From Cetorhinus maximus (Eukaryota), in NCBI RefSeq assembly GCF_964194155.1, contig NC_135900.1:43276001-43340000 (forward strand): a stretch of DNA of 64,000 nt, given 5' to 3'. This document shows positions 1 through 12,454 of this stretch, in pieces (within the stretch, counting starts at the first letter, position 1; each line of letters starts with the position of its first letter). The notes under the pieces are model-generated. The model was not told the origin of the DNA. It saw only the letters and a program-made list of their open reading frames with translations, and searched no databases. Position numbers and translations under genes: made by a program.

Positions 1-1400
1 TTAACAAATAATGCAACGCCTCCTCCTTTTACCCCCCTCCCCTGAAGATTCTATATCCTGGAATGTTGAGTTGCCAATCCTGCCCTTCCCTCAACCACGT
101 CTCAGTGATGGCTACTATATCACAATTCCACATGTCAATCCTCACCCTTAACTCATCCGTTTTACCTGTAATACTCCTGGCATTAAAGTAGAAGCCATCC
201 AGCCTTGCCTTACTCCCTTGAAGCTTATTGCAGCTGTACTCCTTCTGACTTGATTATTTTACTGTATTATGATGTGTCCCTACTCTGCTAACATTGTGTC
301 CCCTCCCCCTACCGAATTAGTTTAAACTCCTCCCAACAGCACTAGCAAACTCACCTGCAAGGATGTTAGTCCTGCTGTGGTTCAGATGTAGACCGTCCCG
401 CTTGTACAGGTCCCACCTTCCCCAGAAACAGTCCCAGTGATCCAGGAATCTAAAACCCTCCCTCCTGCACCAACTCTTAAGCCACGTATTCATCTGAGCT
501 ATTCTCCTATTTGAGCTTGCTAGCACGTGGCACTGGGAGTAATCCAGAGATTACAACCTGAGAGGTCTTGCTTTTTAATCTACTGCCTAACTCCTTGAAT
601 TCTTGATGCAAGACCTCATCCCTCTTTCTACCTATGTCATTGGTACCAACATGTACCGTGACCTCTGCCTTATTACCCTCCCCCTTCAGGATGCCCTGCA
701 GCCGTTCAGTAACATCCCAGACCCTGCCACCAGGGAGGCAATATACCATCCTGGAGTCACGTTGACGGCCACAGTAGCACCTATCTGTTCCCCGGACTAT
801 AGAATCCCCTATTCCTATTACTATTGCTCTTCCTCCCTCCCCTCCTGTACAGACAGGCTGCTTGTGGTGCCAGAAGCTTAGCTCTGTCCGCACTCCCTGG
901 AGGAATACCGATTTGCGAGCGGGACCCCAGGAGACTCCTGAACTACCTGCCTGTTTCTCTTGGACAGCCTGGTGGTCACCCATTCCCTTCCTTCCTCAAG
1001 TCCCTTAATCTGCGGTGTGACCACCTCTCTAAACCTGCTATCCACGATGCTCTCAGACTCGCGGGTGCTCCACAGTGTCCCCAGCCACCGTTCCAGCTCT
1101 GAAACCTGAGCTTCCAGGAGCTGCAGCTGGACACACTTCCTGCACACATGCTGGTCCTGGGCATTGGAAATGTCCCCAGCTTTCCACATGGGGCACGAGG
1201 AGCACACCACGGTTTTGAGCTCTCCTGACATGACTTATCCCTTTAAATTAAACCTTTTAGTCAATTACTCTAGGGCCCTTCTTTCCTGATCCTCGTTACT
1301 GTAGAATATACAAACTGTAAACCACAAAAAGCCCTTAGACTATAAGTGATCAAAGTAGTAAATACCTTACCCACTACTTACCAGTGATTCCTTTCCCTTC
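1..1400 (-). mobile_element. CR1 LINE 5' part: ORF1 (zinc finger + SGNH esterase) and start of ORF2 endonuclease
   Basis: ORF 878-1231 CSSC...CRKC plus coiled coil; ORFs 507-983 and 317-526 GDSIVR/VHVGTND/DGLHLN esterase blocks; minus strand near 190-40 reads FNARSI...VAITETWL...IPGYRIFR (APE). Confidence 0.9.
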
Positions 1401-1559
1401 TAGTGTCTCCTGCTGCAGCATGCTCTGAAGATTTAAGAAGTTGGACAGCAAGGAAAAAATGCAAAGAGCACCTCTTCCCCTATGCACCTAATTCCCACAT
1501 TGCACCAAATTCCGAATACCCACTCTGGCTGTGCCCCACTCAGGATGTGCTCTCTCTCC

Positions 1560-2580
1560 TGTCCGTGTGCAGGTGGTATTCTGGTAAATTTGTTACACTC
1601 TTTCCAAGGCCAATATATCCTTCCTAAGGTGTGGTGCCCAGAACTGTTCACAGTATTCCATATGGTTTAACTAGGACTTATTATAGCAGAATGTATGAAA
1701 TAGGAGCAGAAGTAGGCCATTTGACCCCTCGAGCCTGCTCCACCATTCAATAAGATCATGGCTGATCTGTTTTGTGTTTCAAATTCCACATTCCCATCTA
1801 CCCCCAATTAACTTTTTGATTCCCTTGTCTAACGTGAATCCATCTACCTCTTCCTTAAAAAATATTCAGTGACCCTGCCTCCACCACCTTCAGAGGCAGT
1901 GTTCCAAAGTCGCACAACCCTGAGAGAAAAAAGTTCTCATCTCTGTCTGGAAAGAGCAAGCCCTAATTTTAAAACAGTGCCCCCTAGTTCTGGACTTCCC
2001 CACCAGAGGAAACATAATTTCCATGTCCATCTTGTTAATACCATTCAGGATCTCATACATCAATCAAGTCACCCCTCACTCTTCTAAAGTCCAGTGGAAA
2101 CAAGCCCAGTCTGTCTAACCTTCCTCATTCCAAGTATCAATCTAATAAACCTCCTCTGGACTGCCTCCAATGCATTTACATCCTTTCTTAAATGAGATCA
2201 AAACTGCACACTATTTGAAATGTAGTCTCATCAATCCCCTGTATAACTGAAGCATAACATCCTTGCTTTTATGTTCAATTCCTCTCACAATAAAGGATAG
2301 TGTTCCATTAGCCACCTTAATTACTTGCTAATGTAACTTTTTGTGACATGTACTAGAACACCTAGATCTCTCTACTCCTCAGAATCCACAGCTGTTTTTT
2401 CATTTAAGTAACACTCAGCTGGAGTGTTGTGTACAGTTCTAGGTGCCACACTTTAGGAAGGATGTGAATGCATTGGAGAGGTTTACAAGAATGGTTCCAG
2501 GGATGAGAAACTTCAGTTATGAAGATAGATTAGAGAAATTGGGACTGCTTTCCTGGAGAAGAGGAGGCTAAGAGGAGAGA
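1560..2580. mobile_element. Cluster of CR1 3' fragments (minus ~1690-2400; plus ~2418-2580)
   Basis: CR1 3' terminus (aggagcagaagtaggccat...ctgctccaccattcaataagatcatggctgat) and LEYCVQFW-like fragments. Confidence 0.75.
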
Positions 2581-3218
2581 AGATTTAACCTGCTGAGTTT
2601 TTCCAGTGTCGGCAGTATTTTTGCTTCTGTATTGGCTAAAGGCATTTAATATCATTCATGGAGAAATTTGACACTTCACAAAAATAAAATTAGGTTTTCA
2701 GGACAGTGAGGATATTTAACAGTAATTAAGTTAGCACATCCTTAAAACTCTAGTTATATCTCATTCAACAATGTGCAACTTCAAGGGTTTTTTTTTCACA
2801 GTGAGACCAACGGCCTAGGAGTGGAAATTGCAGTTAATTCAACCGATTTCTGTTGATTGCAGTTCAGGGGTGCCCGACAGCCTGCCTTCTGGAGATGTGC
2901 AGAGTCATCATTTCTGCAACATTATGTGCATGTGCAGACTCCAGAAGTTGAAGTCAATTTTGATTGAGTAATAAAGGTAGATGCTGACAGTTTCAACATC
3001 ATTACCACCGTAAATTTCAAGCCAATGTTTCTTCTCCACTGGCAGTTTGCAATGCAACACAACACAAACACCTGTGAAGTAATCATTAGTAGCATTTGAG
3101 ATTACAGAAAATGTTTTTTTTTGGGCAGGTTTCTTATTAATGTCAAGAGATTGTTTTTCCCTCTCCTTAAAGATTATTTAAGTTTACAAAAAAAAGACAA
3201 GATTTGACTCTCCACCAT

Positions 3219-3224
3219 TTTATT
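3219..3224 (-). terminator. Probable RTCB polyadenylation signal AATAAA
   Basis: tttatt on the plus strand ~310 nt after the stop, followed on the minus strand by a U/GU-rich element (TTGTCTTTTTTTTTG, ~3200-3186). Confidence 0.6.
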
Positions 3225-3533
3225 GTACATCTATCCATTGCACTGTGATTTTAAAAATCACAATTCCTGTTTTATCAAATTAAAAAGGTGAAACATCCTG
3301 CAAAGTTAGCTGTAGGGAGAGATGAACAAGTATCACAACTTATTGGAATAAACAAATATTAGTAATGTGATGAGATTTCTTAAAGTAAAAGTGGGACAGT
3401 ACTTAATTCAGTATTTGTGTTGCACAGTAAGCCTGAAAATCAAGATTTTTCACCAAATAGGTACATGAAGTTTAATAAAAAGGTCAGTCCATTCAAAGTA
3501 TTTTTCCTAATTTATCCCATCAAGGAGTCTCCA

Positions 3534-3641
3534 TCAGCCTTTTATAACTGCAATAGGTCGCAGTTTAATTGCTTTTTTGCTGATACCTACATCGTGACAA
3601 GTATTCACAACATCAGTTACATTCTTGTAGGATTCAGGAGC
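3534..3641 (-). CDS. RTCB: RTCB coding exon 12 ([35 protein letters not shown])
   Basis: Acceptor TTCTAG|GCT; stop TGA at 3536-3534; 108 nt. Confidence 0.97.
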   Translation of the reverse strand, partial: APESYKNVTDVVNTCHDVGISKKAIKLRPIAVIKG

Positions 3642-4823
3642 CTAGAAGAAAAAAAAGTATTCTTTAACAACCGACAACAAGTTTTACATTAGTATTGCGT
3701 TTTGTAATAATTCTTTGAGAAAACATATGACACTAATAGATCTAGTTATGAACAGAAGTTTACTATCTTAATTCCAACAAAGGTTCAAGAAACAAAACAA
3801 TACAAACCCATAGAACATTAATTGCTAATGTAAAATCAAACAAACTAATTTTTGAATAACATTTATCTTACCCTGTTCCACAGAAATCAAATAGCCAACT
3901 TCAGTATAGGCCCAAAGAAAGGGAAGACACTGACTCTGCTTGGCAAAACTATACTATCAAATCTGAATTATTAATAGGACGGTTATTATTTACAAATTGT
4001 TTTCTATAATTGTAAATTTTAAGGAACATGCAATGCAGCGAAGCACAATGACATTGTCAAGAGTAACAATGTATAAATGGAACCGTCATGAGTTCCCACT
4101 CACTGTCAGATGCCTGGAAACTGGCACTTCTGCAGAAAGAAGGAACCAGTCACTCCAGAGTTCTCAAGTGTAGCAGGATTGGCAGTCACCGTTGAGCAGG
4201 TCTCCATCAGATACCTTGACTTCAAAATATGCATGTAGTATCAAAGGGGGAAAAATAGTTCTTTACAGTTTTAGTAAGTTAGCTGACCTCAGCTGCTAAG
4301 CTATTAGGAAAGTTACAATTGACTTTAACACCAGGGATTAGGGAATGAAAAAATACTCATGATTGATAATCTGAAATGCATGTGCAGATATGGGATGAGG
4401 AATCAGTTGTGCTTGGTTATGATGCACCTCCTTCAAACAGCCTGCTAATACCAACTGGGCTCAAACACAAGAAACGGACATTTGGGGAAGGCCCTGCAGG
4501 GTACAAACACCCCTTTAACCACTGTAATCAAGATGAAAAATGTTTTTCTACTCAATGCCATGGTAAAGATAGTTATTTCTAGTGTGGACTGGGTCTTGTT
4601 TGTCACATTTGTAAATCAACTTTGAGATGATTAAGTTGCAAATGTCTACCAAATCAGGATTTTCCATATTCAGAAATTTAATTCAAATATACACAGGATC
4701 TCTAACATTTTTATCAATATCACCTAACATGCATAGGAAAAAAATTAAGAAAGTAACTTGCTCCCACAACATTTAGCCAACTTCAAAAGAAATCTCAAAC
4801 AAAGACAAAAGTGCAGGTCTTAC

Positions 4824-4943
4824 TTCTTCCATTACTAGTTTGGGTGAAGCAACACGAATAGCAATTCCTTTATCTGCTAGTTTGTCCAACACATCCTGGA
4901 AATCAAGATTACGTCGGGATTTCGCACGTGACAAAGCTCGCCC
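4824..4943 (-). CDS. RTCB: RTCB coding exon 11 ([16 protein letters not shown]...PKLVMEE)
   Basis: Acceptor TTTCCAG|GGG, donor GAA|GTAAGA; 120 nt. Confidence 0.97.
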
Positions 4944-5399
4944 CTGGAAAGAAAATTCTAAAATTATATTCCAACTCCTTACTTTACATAAGTGAATTCT
5001 AATCATGTTGAAAGGTTGCAAGTGACTGTTCTAATAGAGCTCTTTTCATGTTCCATTTTCACACCCATGAAAACAGAACTTCAAATAATAATTTGTTAAT
5101 GAGAATGCAACATCAACAGATTTATATATAACGCACTGAATCTGTCCAATTCGTTGATTGCTTAGGAACAGCCAAATCCTAATGCATAGGTTGTTCAAAG
5201 CATTAGAGTGAAGCTGAGATGTTTCTATACAAGCTCATGTCATATTGAACAAGCCCATTGGAACAGGCAAGATCTACTGATTTCGAAGTTTGCTGCTCCA
5301 GTCAGATCAGCAATATAGAGACCACCAAGTGAATAGCTGGAGGTAAGCATATGCTGCTTTTAGTATTCATCTCTGCAGCTGGAGACCATGGTAGATTCC

Positions 5400-7247
5400 T
5401 TTTTTTTTATTCATTCATGGGGTGTGGGCTTCGGTGGCTGGGCCAGCATTTATCGCCCATCCCTAGTTGCCCTTGAAGATGGTGGTGATTTGCCTTCTTG
5501 AACCGCTGCAGTCCATGTGGTGTAGGTACCCCCACAGTGCTGTTAGGAAGGAAGTTCCAGGATCTTGACCCAGCGACAGTGAAGGAACAGTGATACATTT
5601 CCAAGTCAGGATGGTGAGTGACTTGGAGGGGAACTTATAGGTGGTGGTGTTCCCATCTATCTGCTGCTCTTGTCCCTCTAGATGGTAGGGAGTATGGGAG
5701 GTGCTGTCGAAGGTTGTGGTGCCAGTCAAGCGGGCTGCTTTGTCCTGGACGGTGTCAAGCTTCTTGAGTGTTGCGGGAGCTGCACTCATCCAGGCAAGTG
5801 GAGAATCTTCCATCACACTCCTGACTTTGCCTTGTAGATGGTGGACAGGCTTCGGGGAGTCAGGAGGTGGGTTACTCGTCGCACGATTCCTAGCCTCTGA
5901 CCTGCTCTTGTAGCCACAGTATTTATATGGCTAGTCCAGTTCAGTTTCTGGTCAATGGTAACCCCCAGGATGTTGATAGTGGGGGATTCAGTGATAGTAT
6001 GCCTGGTGCTGCTCCTGGCATGCCTTCCTGCACTCCTCTGAACCAGGATTGATCCCCTGGCTTGATGGCAATAGTAGAGAGGGGGATATGCTGGGCCATG
6101 AGGTTACAGATTGTGTTAGAGTACAATTCTGCTGCTGCTGGTGGCCCACAGTGCATCATGGATGCCTAGTCGAGTTGCTAGATCTGTTCAAAATCTGTCC
6201 CATTTAGCAGTGGTAGTGCCACACAACACGTTGGAGGGTGTCCTCAATGTGAAGGTGGGACATCATCTCCACAATGAGTGTGGAGGTCACTCCTACCGAT
6301 ACTGTCATGGACAGATGCATCGGCGGCAGGCAGATTGGTGAGAGTGAGGTCAAGTATGTTTTTCTCTCGTTGGTTCCCTCACCACCTGCTGCAGACCCAG
6401 TCTAGCAGCTATGTCATTTAGGACTCAGCCAGCTCAGTCAGTGGTGTGTCAGTAGACACTGAAGTCCCCCACCAGAGTACATTCTGCGCCCTTGCCACCC
6501 TCAGTGCTTCCTCCAAGTGATGTTCAACATCGAAGAGCACTGATTCATCAGCTGAGGGAGGGCAGTAAGTGGTAATCAGCAGGAAGTTTCCTTGCCCAGT
6601 TTGACCTGATCCCATGTTTGACCTGATGCCATGAGACTTCATGGGGTCCAGAGTCCATGTTCAAGGCAACTCCCTCCCGACTGTATACCACTGTGCCGCC
6701 ACCTCTGCTGGGATGGTGATGGTGGTGTGTGGGACATTATCCATAAGGTATGATTCTGCGAGGATGACTAGGTCAGGCTGTTGCTTGACTAGTCTGAGAG
6801 GCAGCTCTCCCAATTTTGGCACTAGCCCCCAGATGTTAGGAAGGAGGACTTTACAGGGTTGACAAGACAGATTGCTGTTGTCATTTCCGGTGCCTAGGTC
6901 GATGACAGGTGGTCCGTCTGGTTTCATTCCTCTTATGTGTCTTTATAGCAGTTTGTTACAACTGGGTGGCTTGCTAGGCCATTTCAGAAGGCATGTAAGA
7001 GTCAACCACACTGCTGTGGGTCTGGAATCACGTTTCGTTCCCTTAAGGACATTAGTGAACCAGATGGGTTTTTACAGCAATCGACAATGAGTCCATGGTC
7101 ACCGTTAGACTTTTAATTCTAAATTATTATTTTTAACTGAATTAAATTCCACCATCTGTCATGGCGGGATTCGAACCCTGGTCCTAGAGCGTTACCCTGG
7201 GTCTCTGGATTACTAGTCCAGCAACAATACCACTATGCCATCGCCCC
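5400..7247 (-). mobile_element. tRNA-headed single-ORF CR1-group LINE, internally deleted and degenerate
   Basis: tRNA-like head 7247-7160; APE N-terminus ORF 6661-6927 (NIWGL.PKLGEL...PDLVILAESYL); LLITTYCPPS; post-RT region AWMSAAP...LDTVQDKAARL; poly(A) tail at ~5400. Confidence 0.85.
7160..7247 (-). promoter_or_regulatory. tRNA-Thr(AGT)-like Pol III type 2 promoter head
   Basis: A box TGGCATAGTGG (7240-7230); anticodon arm CTGGA-CTAGTAA-TCCAG (7221-7205); B box GGTTCGAATCC (7177-7167). Confidence 0.8.
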
Positions 7248-7635
7248 AGTCGTAGTGCACAGAGTGAGTATATGGTTTGGTGGGGGTGGGACGAGAGGTG
7301 GTGCGAGTAAAGAGCCAGCAAAAGGTGCAGATCAATTGTTCCAGGGCTATCATGCTATCACCAGAAAAACAATGGAAGCAGGAGAAGATAAGACGACAGG
7401 ATCAGGACAGTCTGGAAAACTGAAGTTGTACAATCTATTCATACAGAGTATGCAATGGGATATGCCTGTAAAATATTAAAAAATTCAAGGAAGTCTATCA
7501 ACATAATTTAGAATCAGAAGACAATCGGGCTATATATTGCATTGTGAAGATCTACACTGATAGGTCACTCTAGAAGGGAGAAACCGTTGAAATTTAACAC
7601 TTTCCAGTTACACGCTCCACTTCATAATTCCTTAC

Positions 7636-7746
7636 CGCTCCATGGCAGGTGGTTCCAAATGTTTCTGTCATGCCTTGCTCAGTGCCAGTAAGGACATAGC
7701 TACAGGTTCCCATTGTTCCACCAATCAAAACAGGCTGTCCAGTCAG
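7636..7746 (-). CDS. RTCB: RTCB coding exon 10 ([37 protein letters not shown])
   Basis: Acceptor TTGTAG|CTG, donor GCG|GTAAGG; 111 nt; contains the guanylylated His (TCHGA). Confidence 0.97.
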
Positions 7747-9586
7747 CTACAAGCATTAAAACAAAGAATATAAACAGGAGAACACAAGTAACACATCAGT
7801 TATAGTTGCATGAAAATTCTTCGTCAGAATATCTTCTGAATGGTAATCTATATAATCTCTTTTTAAAGTTAATCATCTGTACATCATTATTTGACATATG
7901 GCAATCACATGGCTAATAAATCTGAGCTCTGATTGATCACAGGTACCTTCTTCCAATTGGGCCTTACTATGCACATCCCTGGCAACATTATCTTTTACCG
8001 ATCATCTTCCTACATAGCCCAATCCTCTGCTCCCAGTACTTTCCCTTCATTGTCTTTCACCAGTATGAACCAGCTACATTGCCTCCAAAGATATATATGC
8101 AGATAAATAAGGTGCTTTATAAAATTGGACTAGAAACCAGTTAGGAAATTACCCATAAAATGATGATAAAAGCAAAAGCAAGTAGTAAAATGTGTGTTGA
8201 AATACACTCAAATCGCCAGGTTAGTGACAGCTACGTTCTTTAAGTTTTTTGTGTTATACATTACCCAATCAGCATGAGAATTTCTAACGCCAACTACTTC
8301 ATATTCCTTGCCAGTTTTAAATGTTGTTTCACTGTTTCCTAGCCTTTTCCAAACCAAATGAGCTGCAGTCGGTCAACAGATCATAAATAAAATGTTACAA
8401 TGTGTGCAGCCACCCCAATAAGAGGGCCAACAGCACCACCGAGGGTGGTGGCCACTGCTGGGGTTGCATCTGGAGGATGAGGGTGCACTAATGGACGTAA
8501 GCCCTCACAACCAGTTAAATGGGGTCCGGGGATGCCGGGGCCAGTCAGGCACCAACAGGAAGGTAGGATCAGTGAAGGCACTGGGGATAGGTCGTTGGGG
8601 TGGGGTGGTTGGGGCGGGGTGAGGAAGAAAGGGGGCCTTCGAGGGCAAAGAGTATTCAAAAGAGGGGGACCCACCCCTGGAGCCCACCAGATTTACCTGG
8701 CAGTTTCTCAACAAGGCGGCTGCTGTTAAAATGCAAGCTGAGATAGCAAGAGGCCCTTAACTGGACACTTTAGTGACTCAATTGGTCTCCAAGCTTTCCC
8801 ATGACTGGTAAAATGGCATGGCAGCGGAAAGGTGTTGGGCATGCCACTAGACATTTTCCCACACCATTTTGCCAGCTTTCTGATCTGTAAAATTTTGTCC
8901 AATAGCTTTAATTATGATTATGAACAGTTTGCATAACGAGTGATAAATTATATTAAATGTAGTCTGTATAATAAATTCATGGGTCCACTGCAGAAGCAGT
9001 CAATATCCTGGATTGATGTTTTATGAATATATTTAATGGGCTTTATATTGTATGGTGTGTAAGCAAGTTAACATTTTGCAGTACTGAACAATTTTGTGAA
9101 GAAAGACATTCTAACTTTTCTCTGTTAGCCAGCCGGTGAAAAATGCAGTGCAGATGAGAGCACCAGTGCTCGTATGTAAACTAAGCTATAAATTTTAACT
9201 GTCAAAAAATATACAAAATCTGGGTTAACAGAATTTCAGACCACACATCTTTCCAAAAAAAGACAATTTGTATAACAGTATGGTACCATTTTAAGTTTCA
9301 AATTGAATCACACTTCTAAAACAAAAGCTCAACTTTTCAGCATACCAAATCCAAAAAACACATGTACAAATGGTCTTTATCTAAATAATCCAAGGATTAA
9401 TTTTGCATAAAGTCAACTTCTCCATTTGAGCAGCTTGAGAATTGAAAGGGCTCCAAGGTTTCTGATTGAAGATTCAGTGCAGACTCCCATGTTCAAATTT
9501 CATGAGTCAAAGTGAAGTTTAGGCTGCTGTAGCAATGTTGTTTCGATTCTCATTTTTATGCACCTTGCATATATGGCAGTACTTAA

Positions 9587-10253
9587 TGGCCCAGAACTTA
9601 TTATTTCTGGATTTCCATACCCTGATGTACTCAAGATGCGCTATGGGACCCTTCGGAAGTCCCAATGCACTTTTTAATGCACGAGTTTGAACTTCCAAGG
9701 GGCAACTCCCCCGCATCCAGAACCCTCCGAAAGAGTCCCCAACTCTGAGTTAAGAGTTGGAGACTTCGGAGGGTTCTGACTTACTTACCTAGATAGTTAC
9801 CCAGGAATGTTAGGAAAAAACAGTTTTAACTTATACATAATAACTCTCACTGACACCCTGGCCCTTCGACTCCCACCCTGATCTTTCAACTCCCAACCCG
9901 ACACAACCATCCCCCCCGAACCCAACCTTACCATCCTACCCAGCTGGCATCCGATCCATTCTGTCACCTACTACCCAACCCAATTACCACACTCTTTCAC
10001 TAACACTCTGAAAATCTATTTAAATGTCGCAAAGCTTTTCTGCATTAGTGAATGAAGATTTACCAAATTCCGGCAGCTAGTCCCATAAAAAGGAGGCGTG
10101 GTTCGGCTTCCCCAACGACCCAGCCCTACAACGAAGACCTCCAGAACATGTACACTCCACATTTCTGAAGTGGCCCGGTTCGGAAGCTCCAGTGCAAGGT
10201 TAAAATAAAAATTAGCAGGATGACAATCTGCCACTCCTCAGAAGTTTCAGCCC
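9587..10253. mobile_element. Probable MITE (Harbinger-like termini) with internal hairpin
   Basis: Imperfect termini GGCCCAGAACTT / AAGTTTCAGCCC; GC-richer than flanks; inverted repeat at 9718-9778. Confidence 0.4.
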
Positions 10254-10475
10254 AATATTTACTAAAACGTTGTGCCTTTAGTGGCAGATCAATACTGTTC
10301 CAGATTTTAGTACTGATTGTCCAATTTAAATGTTAAATAGTCCTTTCCATAGCATTCACCCAAATTAAGTGTCAACAATCTTAACACCATGCAAGTTTCT
10401 ACAGCCTAGCAAAACTCTCGTGATAACTAGAAAACTTCAGAGAGCCCACATGTTCCATTTCAGTAGTTTCCATAC

Positions 10476-10664
10476 CTGATAATCAACTGGTATAAGAGGG
10501 TGGTGTGGTGGAAAGGCCCTAGTGGAACCCTTCCTATGGATTAGCAGTGTCTTCTGTTTCCCATCAACCACATGCTCCTCCACTTTGGCTATGTTGTGAG
10601 ATACATCATAAATCACATGCAAATCCAGATCATCCGGTGTAGTGTTGAAGACTTTGGCAAATGC
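10476..10664 (-). CDS. RTCB: RTCB coding exon 9 ([12 protein letters not shown]...HPLIPVDYQ)
   Basis: Acceptor GTTTTAG|GCA, donor CAG|GTATGG; 189 nt. Confidence 0.97.
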
Positions 10665-11576
10665 CTAAAACAGACAGGGTGGGAGGAAGAGAAAAAGAAG
10701 GAGTTAATGCATAAGAGAGAGCGCATGAGCAAGAGCGAGAAAGGTAGGTGAAAGCAATTTGGGAAAAGAGTAGGAGACATAAGGAATAAATTAGAGTGAG
10801 ATAAGGAAGAGAGGGCCAAAAAAAAACCATCAAAAACAAATGGAAGTGTGTAAAATATTGGCAAAAAATAAAAGCGAGATATGGAGCAAGTGCACACAAT
10901 AAATGGGAAATAAAATGACCATAAGCAGATGATGGGGAAGGAATAGGAAGTGGATGAGAACACAAATGGGAGAAGCAGGAAAGGTGGGAAAAAACAGATG
11001 AAAGTGAGAAATAGGAGGAGAGAGAAGTGGAAGATAAATATTTGAGCAAGGTATGAAAAGTAGGACAGAAGGAAGAGGAAATAAACTTCAATACAATTCC
11101 AGCTAAATGCTCAAATTCCACCTTTTCATAAGATCATACCTTTAATCCCTCGCTGTTTGCCACACCAGAGAACTAAAAAGACAATTTCCTAATTTCCATT
11201 CAATGTGTTAGCCTTCCCTTTGAATCGATGAAGCACACAACAATAAATCCCACTGTGCAGGAGGTACACACTCGAGTAGATCAGTGACTGCTTGGAAGAA
11301 CCAGATAAGGCAAGTTGCTTTCATTCTGCACCTCCCCATCATGGACTGAAATAAGGTGCTCCCTGTTAGGAAATTACTTGGAGAAACCCATTCTCTACTA
11401 ATCTAAGATGTGTGTTGACACAGTGCCTCTAGCAGTAGTTTTTTTTTAAATATTGCTCAAAATATGTACTTAAGTAAAGCAAAAGCTTTACTTAAGAGTA
11501 TAAACAAATTGAGAAGCAGTTAGCACACAAAAGCTTGAAATATTAGCTGAATAATACAGTTCAACACAATCTCTAC

Positions 11577-11752
11577 CTGTCGTGTCAGGAAGGTCATAGA
11601 GGAGCGATTCACCCAGGCGTAGTTTCCAGCTGCTGCCATGCCTTTGAGATAGTCCTGACCTTCTTGGGAATTGATCCTGGCACATGCCAGCTGCCTGTCA
11701 TTGACAATAATATTATCTCTCTTCATGGCTTTCTCCATAGCCACTAGCGCAT
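11577..11752 (-). CDS. RTCB: RTCB coding exon 8 ([13 protein letters not shown]...MTFLTRQ)
   Basis: Acceptor TTTTACAG|AT, donor CAG|GTAGAG; 176 nt. Confidence 0.97.
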
Positions 11753-12454
11753 CTGTAAAACAAAGCAATGCTCTGCCTCAGCCAGCAAGTATGTTGGGTA
11801 GATTCTATACCATTTCAATGAAGTAAAAGCTAGATTTGTTAAATCTAACCAACAGACACATATTTTAAAACATGCATAAATTGATCATATTTACAAACAT
11901 AATTTATACTTTTAGGATGCTTAAGATATCTGGAGTACTATATAAGGGGATTAATAATCTTCTTGCAATGGACAGAAAAGAAATTATGCCTATATTGTGG
12001 AGTCTTCACAGCACTGGTGATTTGCATTTTAATTCCATCAAAACGACTTCAAAAGCCATTTCATGCAATGTTATCTTAACAGTAAGACACACTATGTCAC
12101 TCAATCACTGCTGTGAGAGGACAAGCTTATGTGCCGAAACCTCATGGTTTGTTTTCCCCAAATATTGAAATGCTCACTAAAAATTACCAGCCATAACCAG
12201 GTAAAAATAAATTAGATCAATTAAAACAGGAAAAATGTATTTAGAATTAAGAACACTTGAGGTTAAAAGCATTATTGTGCCTTACCCTGTAGTTGGTCAA
12301 AATCTTGTTGTACAGAGCCATAAGGGAAGATAGAGACAACATACACTGTATAACACCGAGTTTTGAAAGTGCAAAACTCGAAGAGGAAAGTGCTTCAATG
12401 TAAGCCATTTGAGATAGCATGAGGCAGGTATCACAATGCACCATTATCACACTG

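Noticed and set aside
7160-7247. Functional tRNA-Thr gene
   Set aside because: An extra ~20-nt segment lies between the anticodon arm and the B box, there is no clear acceptor stem or T-run terminator, and the sequence is continuous with a retroelement body.
10613-11121. 116-aa and 163-aa hydrophobic ORFs
   Set aside because: By-products of the pyrimidine-rich, AG-free intronic tract.
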